Shown one piece after another: positions 38,455 to 46,842 of a stretch of DNA of 51,374 bases. A model generated the notes under the pieces. That model was given only the letters and a program-made list of their open reading frames with translations, did no database searches and was not told where the DNA came from. This DNA comes from Candidatus Parcubacteria bacterium (GTDB lineage: Bacteria > Patescibacteriota > Minisyncoccia > Phycocordibacterales > Zambryskibacteraceae): assembly GCA_019661785.1 (NCBI GenBank), contig JAIFWP010000004.1:1-51374 (forward strand), in the 5' to 3' direction. Both the position numbers and the translations under genes were made by a program. Positions within the stretch are counted from its first letter, which is position 1. Each line of letters opens with the position of its first letter.

Positions 38455-39612
38455 ATGAAAATCATCCTAGCCACACCCATTTACCCGCCCGAGATAGGCG
38501 GCCCAGCCACCTATGTGAAGGAGCTCTGCGAGAGGCTACACGGTAAGCACGACATCACTGTGATTGCCTATACCGATGTTCGCGAACCCTTCCCTCATGT
38601 AAAGCTCATAGGCGTAAGCAAGCGCCGACCCCTCCCTGTGAGGCTCGTTAAGTTCTTCCTGGCTCTATGGCACGCGTCTCAAGGAGTCGACATGATATAT
38701 GTGCAAAATGCCATGGCTGCAGGACTGCCGGTATCACTCGTCAGTCTTCTGCGCGGAGTACCGTACGTAGTTAAATTCGTCGGTGACGAGGCTTGGGAGC
38801 GCGCTTCTCAGCACAAACTCACAGACAAGCGTCTGGAGGAATTTTTGAAGAAGCCTGAAGCCCCGTTCCGTATCCGCCTCATGATGGCGGTGCAAGGATT
38901 CGTCCTCCGACATGCTACTAAAGTAACGACTCCATCAGAATACCTCGGTAAAGCTATAGAGAAAGCCTACCGCATAGATCCGCGCCGAGTTGTCACTAAC
39001 TACAATGCTGCCGAGGAAACCGAGACACTGCCCTTCGCCCCCAAAACTGTGCCTCACCAGATAGCCGCTACCGCCCGCTTAGTATCCTTCAAGGGCATCG
39101 ACGGCATTATCCGCGCTACAGCAATACTCAAAAACAAATATAACGATATCCGCTTAGTCATCGCTGGCGAGGGTCCGGATATGGAGAGGCTCCAAGCTCT
39201 TGCGAAAGAGCTCAACCTTGAGGAGAACATCTCCTTCCTTGGCAAGATATCGAGGGCCGAGACTTGGCAACTCCGCAAGAACTCCGAGGTCTATGTCTTG
39301 AACTCAACATACGAAGGGCTCCCGCACACTGTACTCACTAGTTTCGCAGCCGGCATACCTACAGTAGCAACCAACATTTCCGGCACAAACGAGGCGGTAT
39401 ATGATGGCAAAACAGGCCTCTTGGTAGAGCCAGGCGATGACGAGGGCTTGGCCAAAGCTATATCTAGGATATTCGACGACAAGGCCTTGGGCGAGAGGCT
39501 TGTACAAAATGCCACAGAGCTCCTCCATGAGAAATTCTCCTGGGACAAGCACATCGAGAATCTCGAAGCGATATTAAAGTCTGTTCTCCTTAAACCAGTC
39601 CACAAAGATTGA
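38455..39612 (+). CDS. Glycosyltransferase family 4
   Basis: Motifs YPPEIGGPATY, ARLVSFKG, STYEGLPH...AAGIP. Confidence 0.92.
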   Translation: MKIILATPIYPPEIGGPATYVKELCERLHGKHDITVIAYTDVREPFPHVKLIGVSKRRPLPVRLVKFFLALWHASQGVDMIYVQNAMAAGLPVSLVSLLRGVPYVVKFVGDEAWERASQHKLTDKRLEEFLKKPEAPFRIRLMMAVQGFVLRHATKVTTPSEYLGKAIEKAYRIDPRRVVTNYNAAEETETLPFAPKTVPHQIAATARLVSFKGIDGIIRATAILKNKYNDIRLVIAGEGPDMERLQALAKELNLEENISFLGKISRAETWQLRKNSEVYVLNSTYEGLPHTVLTSFAAGIPTVATNISGTNEAVYDGKTGLLVEPGDDEGLAKAISRIFDDKALGERLVQNATELLHEKFSWDKHIENLEAILKSVLLKPVHKD

Positions 39613-40533
39613 TACCCCCTTCTCCATACTAGTCTTAGGCTTCCAGCCAAGGACCTTTTTGGCTTTACTGACATCAGCATAAGTGAGCTCGACGCTTGCC
39701 TTAGAGCTTGGGCGAGACTTCACCAGAGCCTTCTTGCGAGTGACTTTCTCTATGATACGGAGGAGTTCCTTCAGAGTTATAGGGCTTGAGTTGCCCACAT
39801 TGACGATTTCATATCCAACATCTGCCTTGAGAGCCCTGTCGACAGCCTCGACGATATCCCCGACATAAGTGAAATCGCGCTTCCTTGTGCCAGTGCCGGA
39901 CATCTCAATAACCTTGCCGCCCATGATGCTCTCTACCCACTTGTAGAGCACGAGACTCGGTCGAAGACGCGGTCCATAAGCATTGAAGATGCGGAAACAG
40001 ACTATAGGCAACCCAAAGTTGAAGAAATATGTATACGCGAGTACTTCACCGGCGATCTTCGTGGCGCCATAAGGAGCGAGGGGAAAGTTCAACATATCAG
40101 TCTCCTTGAAAGGAGGCTTGGCTGTGTTGCCATAGACTGACGAGGAAGAGAAGAACACCACTTTCTTAACCTTGTGGTCTTTGGCCAGGTCGAAGATGTT
40201 CAAAGTCCCGAGGATATTCACGCTCTCATGCTCGGCTGCTTCATGCACGGAGCTTCTTGTGTCGGTCTTGGCGGCCAAGTGGACTACATAATCAGGCTTC
40301 TCCTTTTTAAAAATAGCTTCAAGAGCTTTACGGTCGCGTATATCCTTCTTGTAGAACTTGAACTTCTTGCTTGGCAAAAGGAGAGAGAGGTTCTCCTTCT
40401 TGTATTTGACAGGGTAGGTCGGATCGAGGTTATCGATGCATACAACTCTCTTCACCTTGGGGTCTCGAAGAAGATGCTCGCACAAGTGCGAGCCAATGAA
40501 CCCCGCTCCCCCTGTAATGAGTACTGTCTTCAT
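39574..40533 (-). CDS. NAD-dependent epimerase (UDP-glucuronate 4-epimerase-like)
   Basis: Motifs TGGAGFIG, HLAA, SSSSVYG, YGATK, RDFTYVGD. Start reassigned to ATG 40533. Confidence 0.9.
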   Translation of the reverse strand: MKTVLITGGAGFIGSHLCEHLLRDPKVKRVVCIDNLDPTYPVKYKKENLSLLLPSKKFKFYKKDIRDRKALEAIFKKEKPDYVVHLAAKTDTRSSVHEAAEHESVNILGTLNIFDLAKDHKVKKVVFFSSSSVYGNTAKPPFKETDMLNFPLAPYGATKIAGEVLAYTYFFNFGLPIVCFRIFNAYGPRLRPSLVLYKWVESIMGGKVIEMSGTGTRKRDFTYVGDIVEAVDRALKADVGYEIVNVGNSSPITLKELLRIIEKVTRKKALVKSRPSSKASVELTYADVSKAKKVLGWKPKTSMEKGVSIFVDWFKENRL

Positions 40534-40545
40534 AATCTTGAAAAA

Positions 40546-41589
40546 ATGGCTCAAATACTATACTATAAAGCCGTTATAGAATCAATACTCGACATATTGG
40601 GCTACAAGCTGGAGCCGAATCAGCCCCATCTAAGCGACGAGGGGCTCTTACTTATGCGCGACAAACGAGTTCTCATCGGCAGACGGTCGTCAGACAACTT
40701 GAGAGTCATCATTAAATTGAGCACCTCTAGAGGAGGAAGAAAGGAAATTGCAGATGAGAAGGCGGCGCAAGACACATTGTCTCAAGCTATTTTCTCCCAA
40801 GAGCAAATACTTTTCCCAAAAGAGATTGATTACTGGGAGGATTACAAAGCTGGTGAAAATTATACGATTAGGATTACGGAGTTCATAGAGCAGGAACAAG
40901 TCTTCGCGGCGCTGCCTTTGGAGAAGCAGTTCTTCATGATAATGAGAGAGTTCGAGGCCGAGGAGAGCTTCTATGCTAATACCTATGAGCACATCAACGT
41001 GGTTAAGAAGGTCTTCCCTGTCACTCATGCCAATGACTACATAGAGAAGTTCGAGAGCTTCGATGTTGGCGAGCGCAAGACTGAAGCCGCCGAGCTCCTC
41101 CGCAAGAACAAGGAGCTTATCGAGACGCGCTCTAACTATCTGACTCACACAGACTTCGCTCCATCGAACTTTAGAGTTAAGAATGGGAAGATTTATATGA
41201 TAGACCTCTCCTCGATGCACTTCGGCAACCGCTATGAGGGCCTGGCTCGCATGCTGAATTATTGCATCATCCACGACCCTGAGCTTGGCCGCTTTATCGT
41301 CGAGTATATTAAGACGAACAGGAACGAGGGCGAGTACTTGTGCCTCCGACTTATGAGGATATACAAAGCCGGCTTCCTTATTAACCATTATGCGAAAGCT
41401 CTAGGCAAGACCTCGGACAACCTACACAAGCTCACCGAGATACGTCTCAAGCTCTGGCGCACTATCCTTGGTCACCTTATCGACGACTCGCCCGTCGAGA
41501 GCTCGCTCATCGATAGCTACAAAGCTGAGAGAGACTCATTGCGCTCAGCAAGCGAGCTTGAGAGGCAAAAGCAATTCAATCTCCTATGA
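40546..41589 (+). CDS. APH/choline-kinase-fold phosphotransferase-like protein, paralog 1
   Basis: Motifs VIIK, YLTHTDFAPSNFR, YMID. The ORF-track N-terminus is antisense to the epimerase, so the start was moved to ATG 40546 (uncertain). Confidence 0.7.
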   Translation: MAQILYYKAVIESILDILGYKLEPNQPHLSDEGLLLMRDKRVLIGRRSSDNLRVIIKLSTSRGGRKEIADEKAAQDTLSQAIFSQEQILFPKEIDYWEDYKAGENYTIRITEFIEQEQVFAALPLEKQFFMIMREFEAEESFYANTYEHINVVKKVFPVTHANDYIEKFESFDVGERKTEAAELLRKNKELIETRSNYLTHTDFAPSNFRVKNGKIYMIDLSSMHFGNRYEGLARMLNYCIIHDPELGRFIVEYIKTNRNEGEYLCLRLMRIYKAGFLINHYAKALGKTSDNLHKLTEIRLKLWRTILGHLIDDSPVESSLIDSYKAERDSLRSASELERQKQFNLL

Positions 41590-42650
41590 CAGACCTAACA
41601 AACATAGCCAATATACTGAGCGGCCTCGGCTACATACTAGACGCAGAACAGCCTCATATAGAGGGGGAGAGATTCCTTATGGCTAAGGAGAAGCTCGTCT
41701 TAGTTGGCACTCGCCAGAAGGATGGTCTCCGGGTAGCAATTAAGATTAGCAACCGCGAGAGCGGCAAGAAGGACATCCGCGACGAGAAGCGCGCCCGCGA
41801 CCTCTTGGAGTCCATATCCTTCGCCGATGGAGCACTCCTCTTCCCTAAAGAGATTTTCTGGGGAGAGAAAGATGGATACCTCATATGGGTTATCGAGTTT
41901 ATCGAGCAGGAGAAGGTCTTCGTGGCTTATACGCTTGAGGAACAGTTCTTCTTTGCTCTCAAGGCCTTTGAGGCGCAAGAGGGCTTCCATGCCACGACTT
42001 ACGAACATCTCGAGACGGTCAAAAAGATCTTCCCCGTACTCTATGGCCAAGACTACTTCAGAGAATTCAGAGAGTATAAAAAGATAGTGGAGGATGCATC
42101 CCTAGACTCTAGCCTTGGAGATACTCTGAGTCGGGCCGAGGAGATGCTTCTTTCTCACAAGAGCGACATAGACGATTATGCGAACTACCTTACTCACACT
42201 GACTTTGTCCCGCACAACTTCCGAATTAGGAAAAACCTGGTCTACATCCTCGACTGCGCCCCTGAGTATCGTACGGTCCATTTCGGCAATAAGTATGAGG
42301 GATGGGCCAGATTCTTAAACTACATGGTCATACATAACCCGAGCCTCGAGCGCCTCTTGGCTAGGTACATTCGAGACAACCGCGGAATGAAGGACTTTCT
42401 CAACTTGCGGCTCATGCGAGCTTATAAGATAGGTTTCCTCCTTAAGTTCTATGCCGAGTCACTCGCAAACACATCGGGTGATTTGCGCACTCTCACCCTA
42501 GAACGCATCGACTTTTGGCACGAGATACTCAAATATGTGCTCGATGATAGAGAGATACCCGAAGACTTCGTCGAAAGATATAAGAAGAAGCGAGACGCCC
42601 TAAGGAGCGAGGAAGAGAAGAAGCGCCAGCGCGAGTTCGCAGTGGCTTAA
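41586..42650 (+). CDS. APH/choline-kinase-fold phosphotransferase-like protein, paralog 2
   Basis: Motifs VAIK, YLTHTDFVPHNFR, YILD. Collinear with paralog 1 over its full length. Confidence 0.75.
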   Translation: MTDLTNIANILSGLGYILDAEQPHIEGERFLMAKEKLVLVGTRQKDGLRVAIKISNRESGKKDIRDEKRARDLLESISFADGALLFPKEIFWGEKDGYLIWVIEFIEQEKVFVAYTLEEQFFFALKAFEAQEGFHATTYEHLETVKKIFPVLYGQDYFREFREYKKIVEDASLDSSLGDTLSRAEEMLLSHKSDIDDYANYLTHTDFVPHNFRIRKNLVYILDCAPEYRTVHFGNKYEGWARFLNYMVIHNPSLERLLARYIRDNRGMKDFLNLRLMRAYKIGFLLKFYAESLANTSGDLRTLTLERIDFWHEILKYVLDDREIPEDFVERYKKKRDALRSEEEKKRQREFAVA

Positions 42651-43420
42651 AGAGCAGCTCTTAAGGCGCTTAGTATTTCTTGATTATTTGCTGCTATAAG
42701 TATTTGGGGGACTTTTGACATTGGATCAAGAGCACCCGACTTCCCCTCAGCCAGACCCCCGGCTTCCTCTAAAATACCGATAGCCGCAATGACATCAATG
42801 GTTGTAAGATTCGCGTATATACAAGCCTCAGATCTACCTGCTGCAACAGAACATATATCGAGCCCAGAAGACGCTATACCTCTGACCGAGTGAGAATATT
42901 CTAGCAGGAAGCGATACATTTTTGTCCCCCACTCCCATTGCTCCTGATTCCGCCCTGTAGTCAGAAAGATAGTGGACTCTTTCAATTCAGTCTTGTTCGA
43001 GACATGGATGGGAATCTGATTAAGAAAAGCTCCTCGACCCCTCTCAAAACTATATAGCTCCTTAGTAATTGGGTTATAGACTGCTCCTACTGAAGCCTTG
43101 TCTTTTTCTACATAAGCAATGACGACTGAGAACATGGGAAATCCTCTAACGAAATTCTTCGTTCCGTCTATCGGGTCAATGGCCCAGAAAGAGCCGCTTG
43201 AGATATCATCATCAGCCTCTTCAGAGTAAATCTTCTCTCCAGGAAAGCTCTCACCTATCCTCTGAGATATGAACTGGCTTACCTCAATGTCCACATTAGT
43301 TACCAGGTCTCTGGGGTCGTTGTTCTTTATTGATATGTCGACATGCTTCTCTCTGGCTTGAAGCACTTTCTCCCCAGCCTCCTTAGCCAAGGCCACCACA
43401 AAGTCGTACCTGTTTTGCAT
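42647..43420 (-). CDS. Inositol monophosphatase (SuhB-like)
   Basis: Motifs DLVTNVD, SEE, WAIDPIDGTKNF, D.IAA..ILEEAGG. Start ATG 43420 lies 6 nt after TGcTATAGT. Confidence 0.9.
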   Translation of the reverse strand: MQNRYDFVVALAKEAGEKVLQAREKHVDISIKNNDPRDLVTNVDIEVSQFISQRIGESFPGEKIYSEEADDDISSGSFWAIDPIDGTKNFVRGFPMFSVVIAYVEKDKASVGAVYNPITKELYSFERGRGAFLNQIPIHVSNKTELKESTIFLTTGRNQEQWEWGTKMYRFLLEYSHSVRGIASSGLDICSVAAGRSEACIYANLTTIDVIAAIGILEEAGGLAEGKSGALDPMSKVPQILIAANNQEILSALRAAL

Positions 43421-43437
43421 GGGGCCACTATAGCACA

Positions 43438-43470
43438 AGAAAAGGGCGCCACCGTCTGAGGTGGCGCCCT
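43438..43470 (-). terminator. Intrinsic terminator of the 137-aa cassette gene
   Basis: AGGGCGCCACC/GGTGGCGCCCT 11-bp stem with a U-tract on the minus strand. Confidence 0.85.
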
Positions 43471-43485
43471 GTTGGAACACGGAGA

Positions 43486-43899
43486 TCAGCGACTGCGGTC
43501 TGCCGACGTCGCGACTCGCGTCTTCGGCCGATCATCGAGCAGAAGATCAGCCTTGTACGGCAGCTCCTGCCGCTTCCTCATGAAGAGTTCGAAGGCTTTC
43601 GCTCCCTCTTTGGTGTGAAGACCTCCAACCATGTTATTCGTCATCCAAATCAGGTCTTCCTGTGTACGGGCAAGCTCGACCATCTTCGGGTACATGGCGA
43701 CGTCGAACTCGTTCTGCACTTCACGCAGCGCATGACCTTCCTCACGGAAGCCATTGATGTGACGAGATCCTTCATCGAAGTTCTTCGTCACACTCGCGAC
43801 GTAGCGATAGCCGCGGATGCGCTGCGCCTTGTCGAAGAACGGCCGGATGGTCCAGCCAAGAATGGTGGCGGCGAAACCAACAATGAATGTGGTGATCAT
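43486..43899 (-). CDS. Hypothetical protein with N-terminal TM/signal anchor (stand-alone cassette)
   Basis: Has its own promoter, AGGAGG SD and terminator, and a hydrophobic N-terminus. No recognisable family. Confidence 0.75.
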   Translation of the reverse strand: MITTFIVGFAATILGWTIRPFFDKAQRIRGYRYVASVTKNFDEGSRHINGFREEGHALREVQNEFDVAMYPKMVELARTQEDLIWMTNNMVGGLHTKEGAKAFELFMRKRQELPYKADLLLDDRPKTRVATSADRSR

Positions 43900-43903
43900 G
43901 GAG

Positions 43904-43962
43904 CCTCCTGGCTCTATTGATTGTCTACCTTAAATCATACACCCAAAATGATACTTTGTCAA
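43904..43962 (-). promoter_or_regulatory. Sigma70-type promoter TTGACA-17-TATGAT with AGGAGG SD
   Basis: TTGACA 43962-43957, TATGAT 43939-43934, AGGAGG 43909-43904. Confidence 0.8.
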
Positions 43963-43971
43963 TAGGAGATT

Positions 43972-45096
43972 CTAGGCCTCAAACACTCGTCTTTTCATAG
44001 TCTCAGCAATCAAATCCCAGTCATACTTCTCACGGACCATGCGTTTGGCGTTCCCTACCAGAGTGTCGCGGAGATTCTCATTATTCATAAGCCTAGTCAC
44101 CTGCTTGGCTATGCTCTCTGGATTCTCTACCTCGACGAAGAGGCCTGTAGGAGGATGCTCGGGAGTCTTGTCGGGGTCGAAGAGGAAGTCAGGTATGCCT
44201 CCCACAGGAGTAGCGAGCACCGGGAGCCCGGCGGCCATAGCCTCTATAAACGAGTTCCCCATCCCCTCGGACAAGGAAGGCCGTATGAAAATATCTGCTG
44301 TATGCAAATGATTAGGTATCTCCTTCATATCAACGAAGCCAACGAACTTCACTCGGCCAAGGAGCTTCTCCTCCCTTACCTGTTTGTTGAGTTCACTCAT
44401 GAGCGGTCCAGAACCAAGGATGTGGAACTTCACATTCTCCGGTAGTAACTTCAGGGCCGATATGACATATCTTATGCCGTTCTTCTCTACCAAACGCGAA
44501 GTGGTAATGAGAACGGTGTCTTCATGTTCGATTCTCTGCCCTTCAAATTTTTTAGTATCTACGCCATTCGGCACTACCTCTACCCTGCCCTTGTAGCCCA
44601 CCTTCCTTGCCCATCCAGCCAAGAAGTGCGAGATGGTCTGGATGACAGAAGCATTGCGGAATCCTCGCGTGAGTAGGGGCTTGAATATGCGTATGCGCAA
44701 GCGCTTGAAGACATGCTCGAAGGGGTCACCATCCTGGAGCGTAATAATGTACGGAGTCTTATTACCGAATAGACGAAGAAGCGAGATGGGGAAGGTCATA
44801 TTGGTCATGATGGCCCAATACTTGGCATACCTCTTGTCTTTGCCTAGGCGCCAGGCCTTCCAAGCGGCTCGAGGCACAAAAAAGATTTTGTTTATATACG
44901 ATGAGCCAGAACCAACACGGTAAACATTTACATTGCCCATGCGTTCAAACGGCTTATGTGTAGCGTCAAGCCTCATCGTCACCATGTCGAACTCATACTC
45001 GAGCAGCCTATCTGTAATCTCCTTCACCGCCACCTCCGCCCCGCCAACCAGCGGGTAATAAGTAAGCGAAAATATTAAAATTTTCTTGCTAGCCAT
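43972..45096 (-). CDS. Glycosyltransferase family 4
   Basis: Motifs YPLVGGAE, PNGVD, SRLVEKNG, PSLSEGMGNSFIEAMAAGLP. Confidence 0.93.
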   Translation of the reverse strand: MASKKILIFSLTYYPLVGGAEVAVKEITDRLLEYEFDMVTMRLDATHKPFERMGNVNVYRVGSGSSYINKIFFVPRAAWKAWRLGKDKRYAKYWAIMTNMTFPISLLRLFGNKTPYIITLQDGDPFEHVFKRLRIRIFKPLLTRGFRNASVIQTISHFLAGWARKVGYKGRVEVVPNGVDTKKFEGQRIEHEDTVLITTSRLVEKNGIRYVISALKLLPENVKFHILGSGPLMSELNKQVREEKLLGRVKFVGFVDMKEIPNHLHTADIFIRPSLSEGMGNSFIEAMAAGLPVLATPVGGIPDFLFDPDKTPEHPPTGLFVEVENPESIAKQVTRLMNNENLRDTLVGNAKRMVREKYDWDLIAETMKRRVFEA

Positions 45097-46810
45097 TGAG
45101 TATCGCCTTCAACTCTTCGGGAGTTGGCTCTTTCTTCTTGTACTGTGGATTGTCCTGGGTAGCCTTTGGCGGAGCAGGAGGTTGACTCGGCGAAACTTTA
45201 GCTATATTAGCCAGAGCGCTCTTGAGATCACTCACATTCTTCTGTGAAGCAGGACGCTGGTTGTTCGAGCTCTCCTTTAACTTGTCGAGTGATATGGACT
45301 TGATAGGTGTGAATCCTGCGTCATCCTGAGGTATGTCTGGCTTTGGCACCGGTCTAGGCGCAGATGGTGGTGGAGATACTTGAGCAACTGGACGAGGCGC
45401 GTAGGCGGGCTTCGGAGTATACGCTCTCTCAGTTTGCCTTCTCGGTTCCACGCGGCGCTCAGGTTCATATCTCCTCTTTGGGAAAGGGTCACTCGGCATC
45501 GGAGCTTTGGTTGCGGTCTTGCCCTGGTCATGCCAATCCTGTATCACCTTCTCGACCTCGGCCTTTGGGTGAGCATAGGTCCTGCGCGACTGGCGGATAA
45601 TCTCGTCGACATGCGAGGCCTCAGCAGGCTTAATAGGCGGTAGTGTCGTAGCGGAGAAGGGCTGCGACGTCACATCGTCTATCATGAGCTTCAAGCATAT
45701 CTGACGAAGACCTAGGTTCACCAAGTCCTCGGCAGTAAATACCGGAGCAAACTCCTTCTCGAGCACCTCAGCATCATAAGCACCGACGCGGAAGGTTATC
45801 ATAGTGCCCACGTTGCCGAAGACGGCATCGCGCACCTCCTCCTCCATCTGCTCGATGTACTGGTGGGCCATGGTGAGGTTCAACTTATATTTGCGAGCCT
45901 CGGATAGGATATCGGCGAAGGACTTGTCGGCGAAGGACTGGAACTCATCCACATGGAGATAAAGGTTGGGTAGCTTCTGCAAGACCTCCTTCGGCTCGTC
46001 GGCGCGGCTCATGGCTGCGAGATAAATCTTCGTGATAAGCATCGAGCCCAAGAGTCTGGCATTACCCTCGCCGACACGGCCCTTGGAGAGGTTCACTATC
46101 ATGATCTTCTGCGTATCCATAATCTGTCGCAAGTCGAAAGAGGACTTGGGTTGGCCGATGATATTACGTATAAGAGGATTGCCGGCGAACTGGCCTATCT
46201 TGTTTTGTATAGCTGGGGTAGCTTCCTGAGCGTATTTGTCGGTGTATTTGGCATACTCCTCAGTCCAGAAGCTCTTAACCGAGACGTCCGTAACATTGTC
46301 GACCACCTTGAGGCGGAACTCCTTGTCCGTATACATGCGGTTCACCGCGAGGAGTGTTGCGCCTGGGTACTCGAGGAGAGCGAGGAGGGTGTTCTGCAAG
46401 ATGTAGGCCATGCGGGCTGACCAGGCGTCCTCCCAGATCTTCTCGAAGACGGACATGAGGCCATTCACCACAAGGTGCCTTTTGTCTGCACCGACATCCT
46501 CCATGATGTTGAAGGCTATAGGGTTGTCCATGTCGAAGGGCGCGAAGTAGATGACATCTTTAATACGGCTCTCGGGTACATACTCAAGGAGCTTCTCGGC
46601 GGTGCCGCCGTGCGGGTCGATGAAGACGATACCTTCCCCGCTCTGGATGTCCTGGATAGCCATGTTCTCAAGAAGCGTGGACTTACCCATACCGGTCTTA
46701 CCAATGACATAGACGTGCTTGGAGCGGTCCCTGGCCTTGATGCCAAAGGATACGTGCTTATTACGGGAGTCAGTCTCGCCGAAGTATGTAATCTTCTCCG
46801 GATTGTACAT
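45089..46810 (-). CDS. Type IV secretion coupling protein-like (VirD4/TraD/HerA-like) ATPase with Pro-rich C-terminal tail
   Basis: Motifs DRSKHVYVIGKTGMGKS (Walker A), FIDPHG, LHVDEFQSF (Walker B), LSEARKY, AHQY, GNVGT. Confidence 0.88.
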   Translation of the reverse strand: MYNPEKITYFGETDSRNKHVSFGIKARDRSKHVYVIGKTGMGKSTLLENMAIQDIQSGEGIVFIDPHGGTAEKLLEYVPESRIKDVIYFAPFDMDNPIAFNIMEDVGADKRHLVVNGLMSVFEKIWEDAWSARMAYILQNTLLALLEYPGATLLAVNRMYTDKEFRLKVVDNVTDVSVKSFWTEEYAKYTDKYAQEATPAIQNKIGQFAGNPLIRNIIGQPKSSFDLRQIMDTQKIMIVNLSKGRVGEGNARLLGSMLITKIYLAAMSRADEPKEVLQKLPNLYLHVDEFQSFADKSFADILSEARKYKLNLTMAHQYIEQMEEEVRDAVFGNVGTMITFRVGAYDAEVLEKEFAPVFTAEDLVNLGLRQICLKLMIDDVTSQPFSATTLPPIKPAEASHVDEIIRQSRRTYAHPKAEVEKVIQDWHDQGKTATKAPMPSDPFPKRRYEPERRVEPRRQTERAYTPKPAYAPRPVAQVSPPPSAPRPVPKPDIPQDDAGFTPIKSISLDKLKESSNNQRPASQKNVSDLKSALANIAKVSPSQPPAPPKATQDNPQYKKKEPTPEELKAILNG

Positions 46811-46842
46811 TTGCCTTATTTTACAACAAAATCAGCGAAGAG

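Noticed and set aside
40174-40545. N-terminal extensions in the ORF track (also 25819-26127, 8009-8206, 19512-19598, 33789-33983, 43421-43480, 50332-50490)
   Set aside because: They overlap neighbouring genes or terminators. Downstream ATGs fit homology and promoter positions better.
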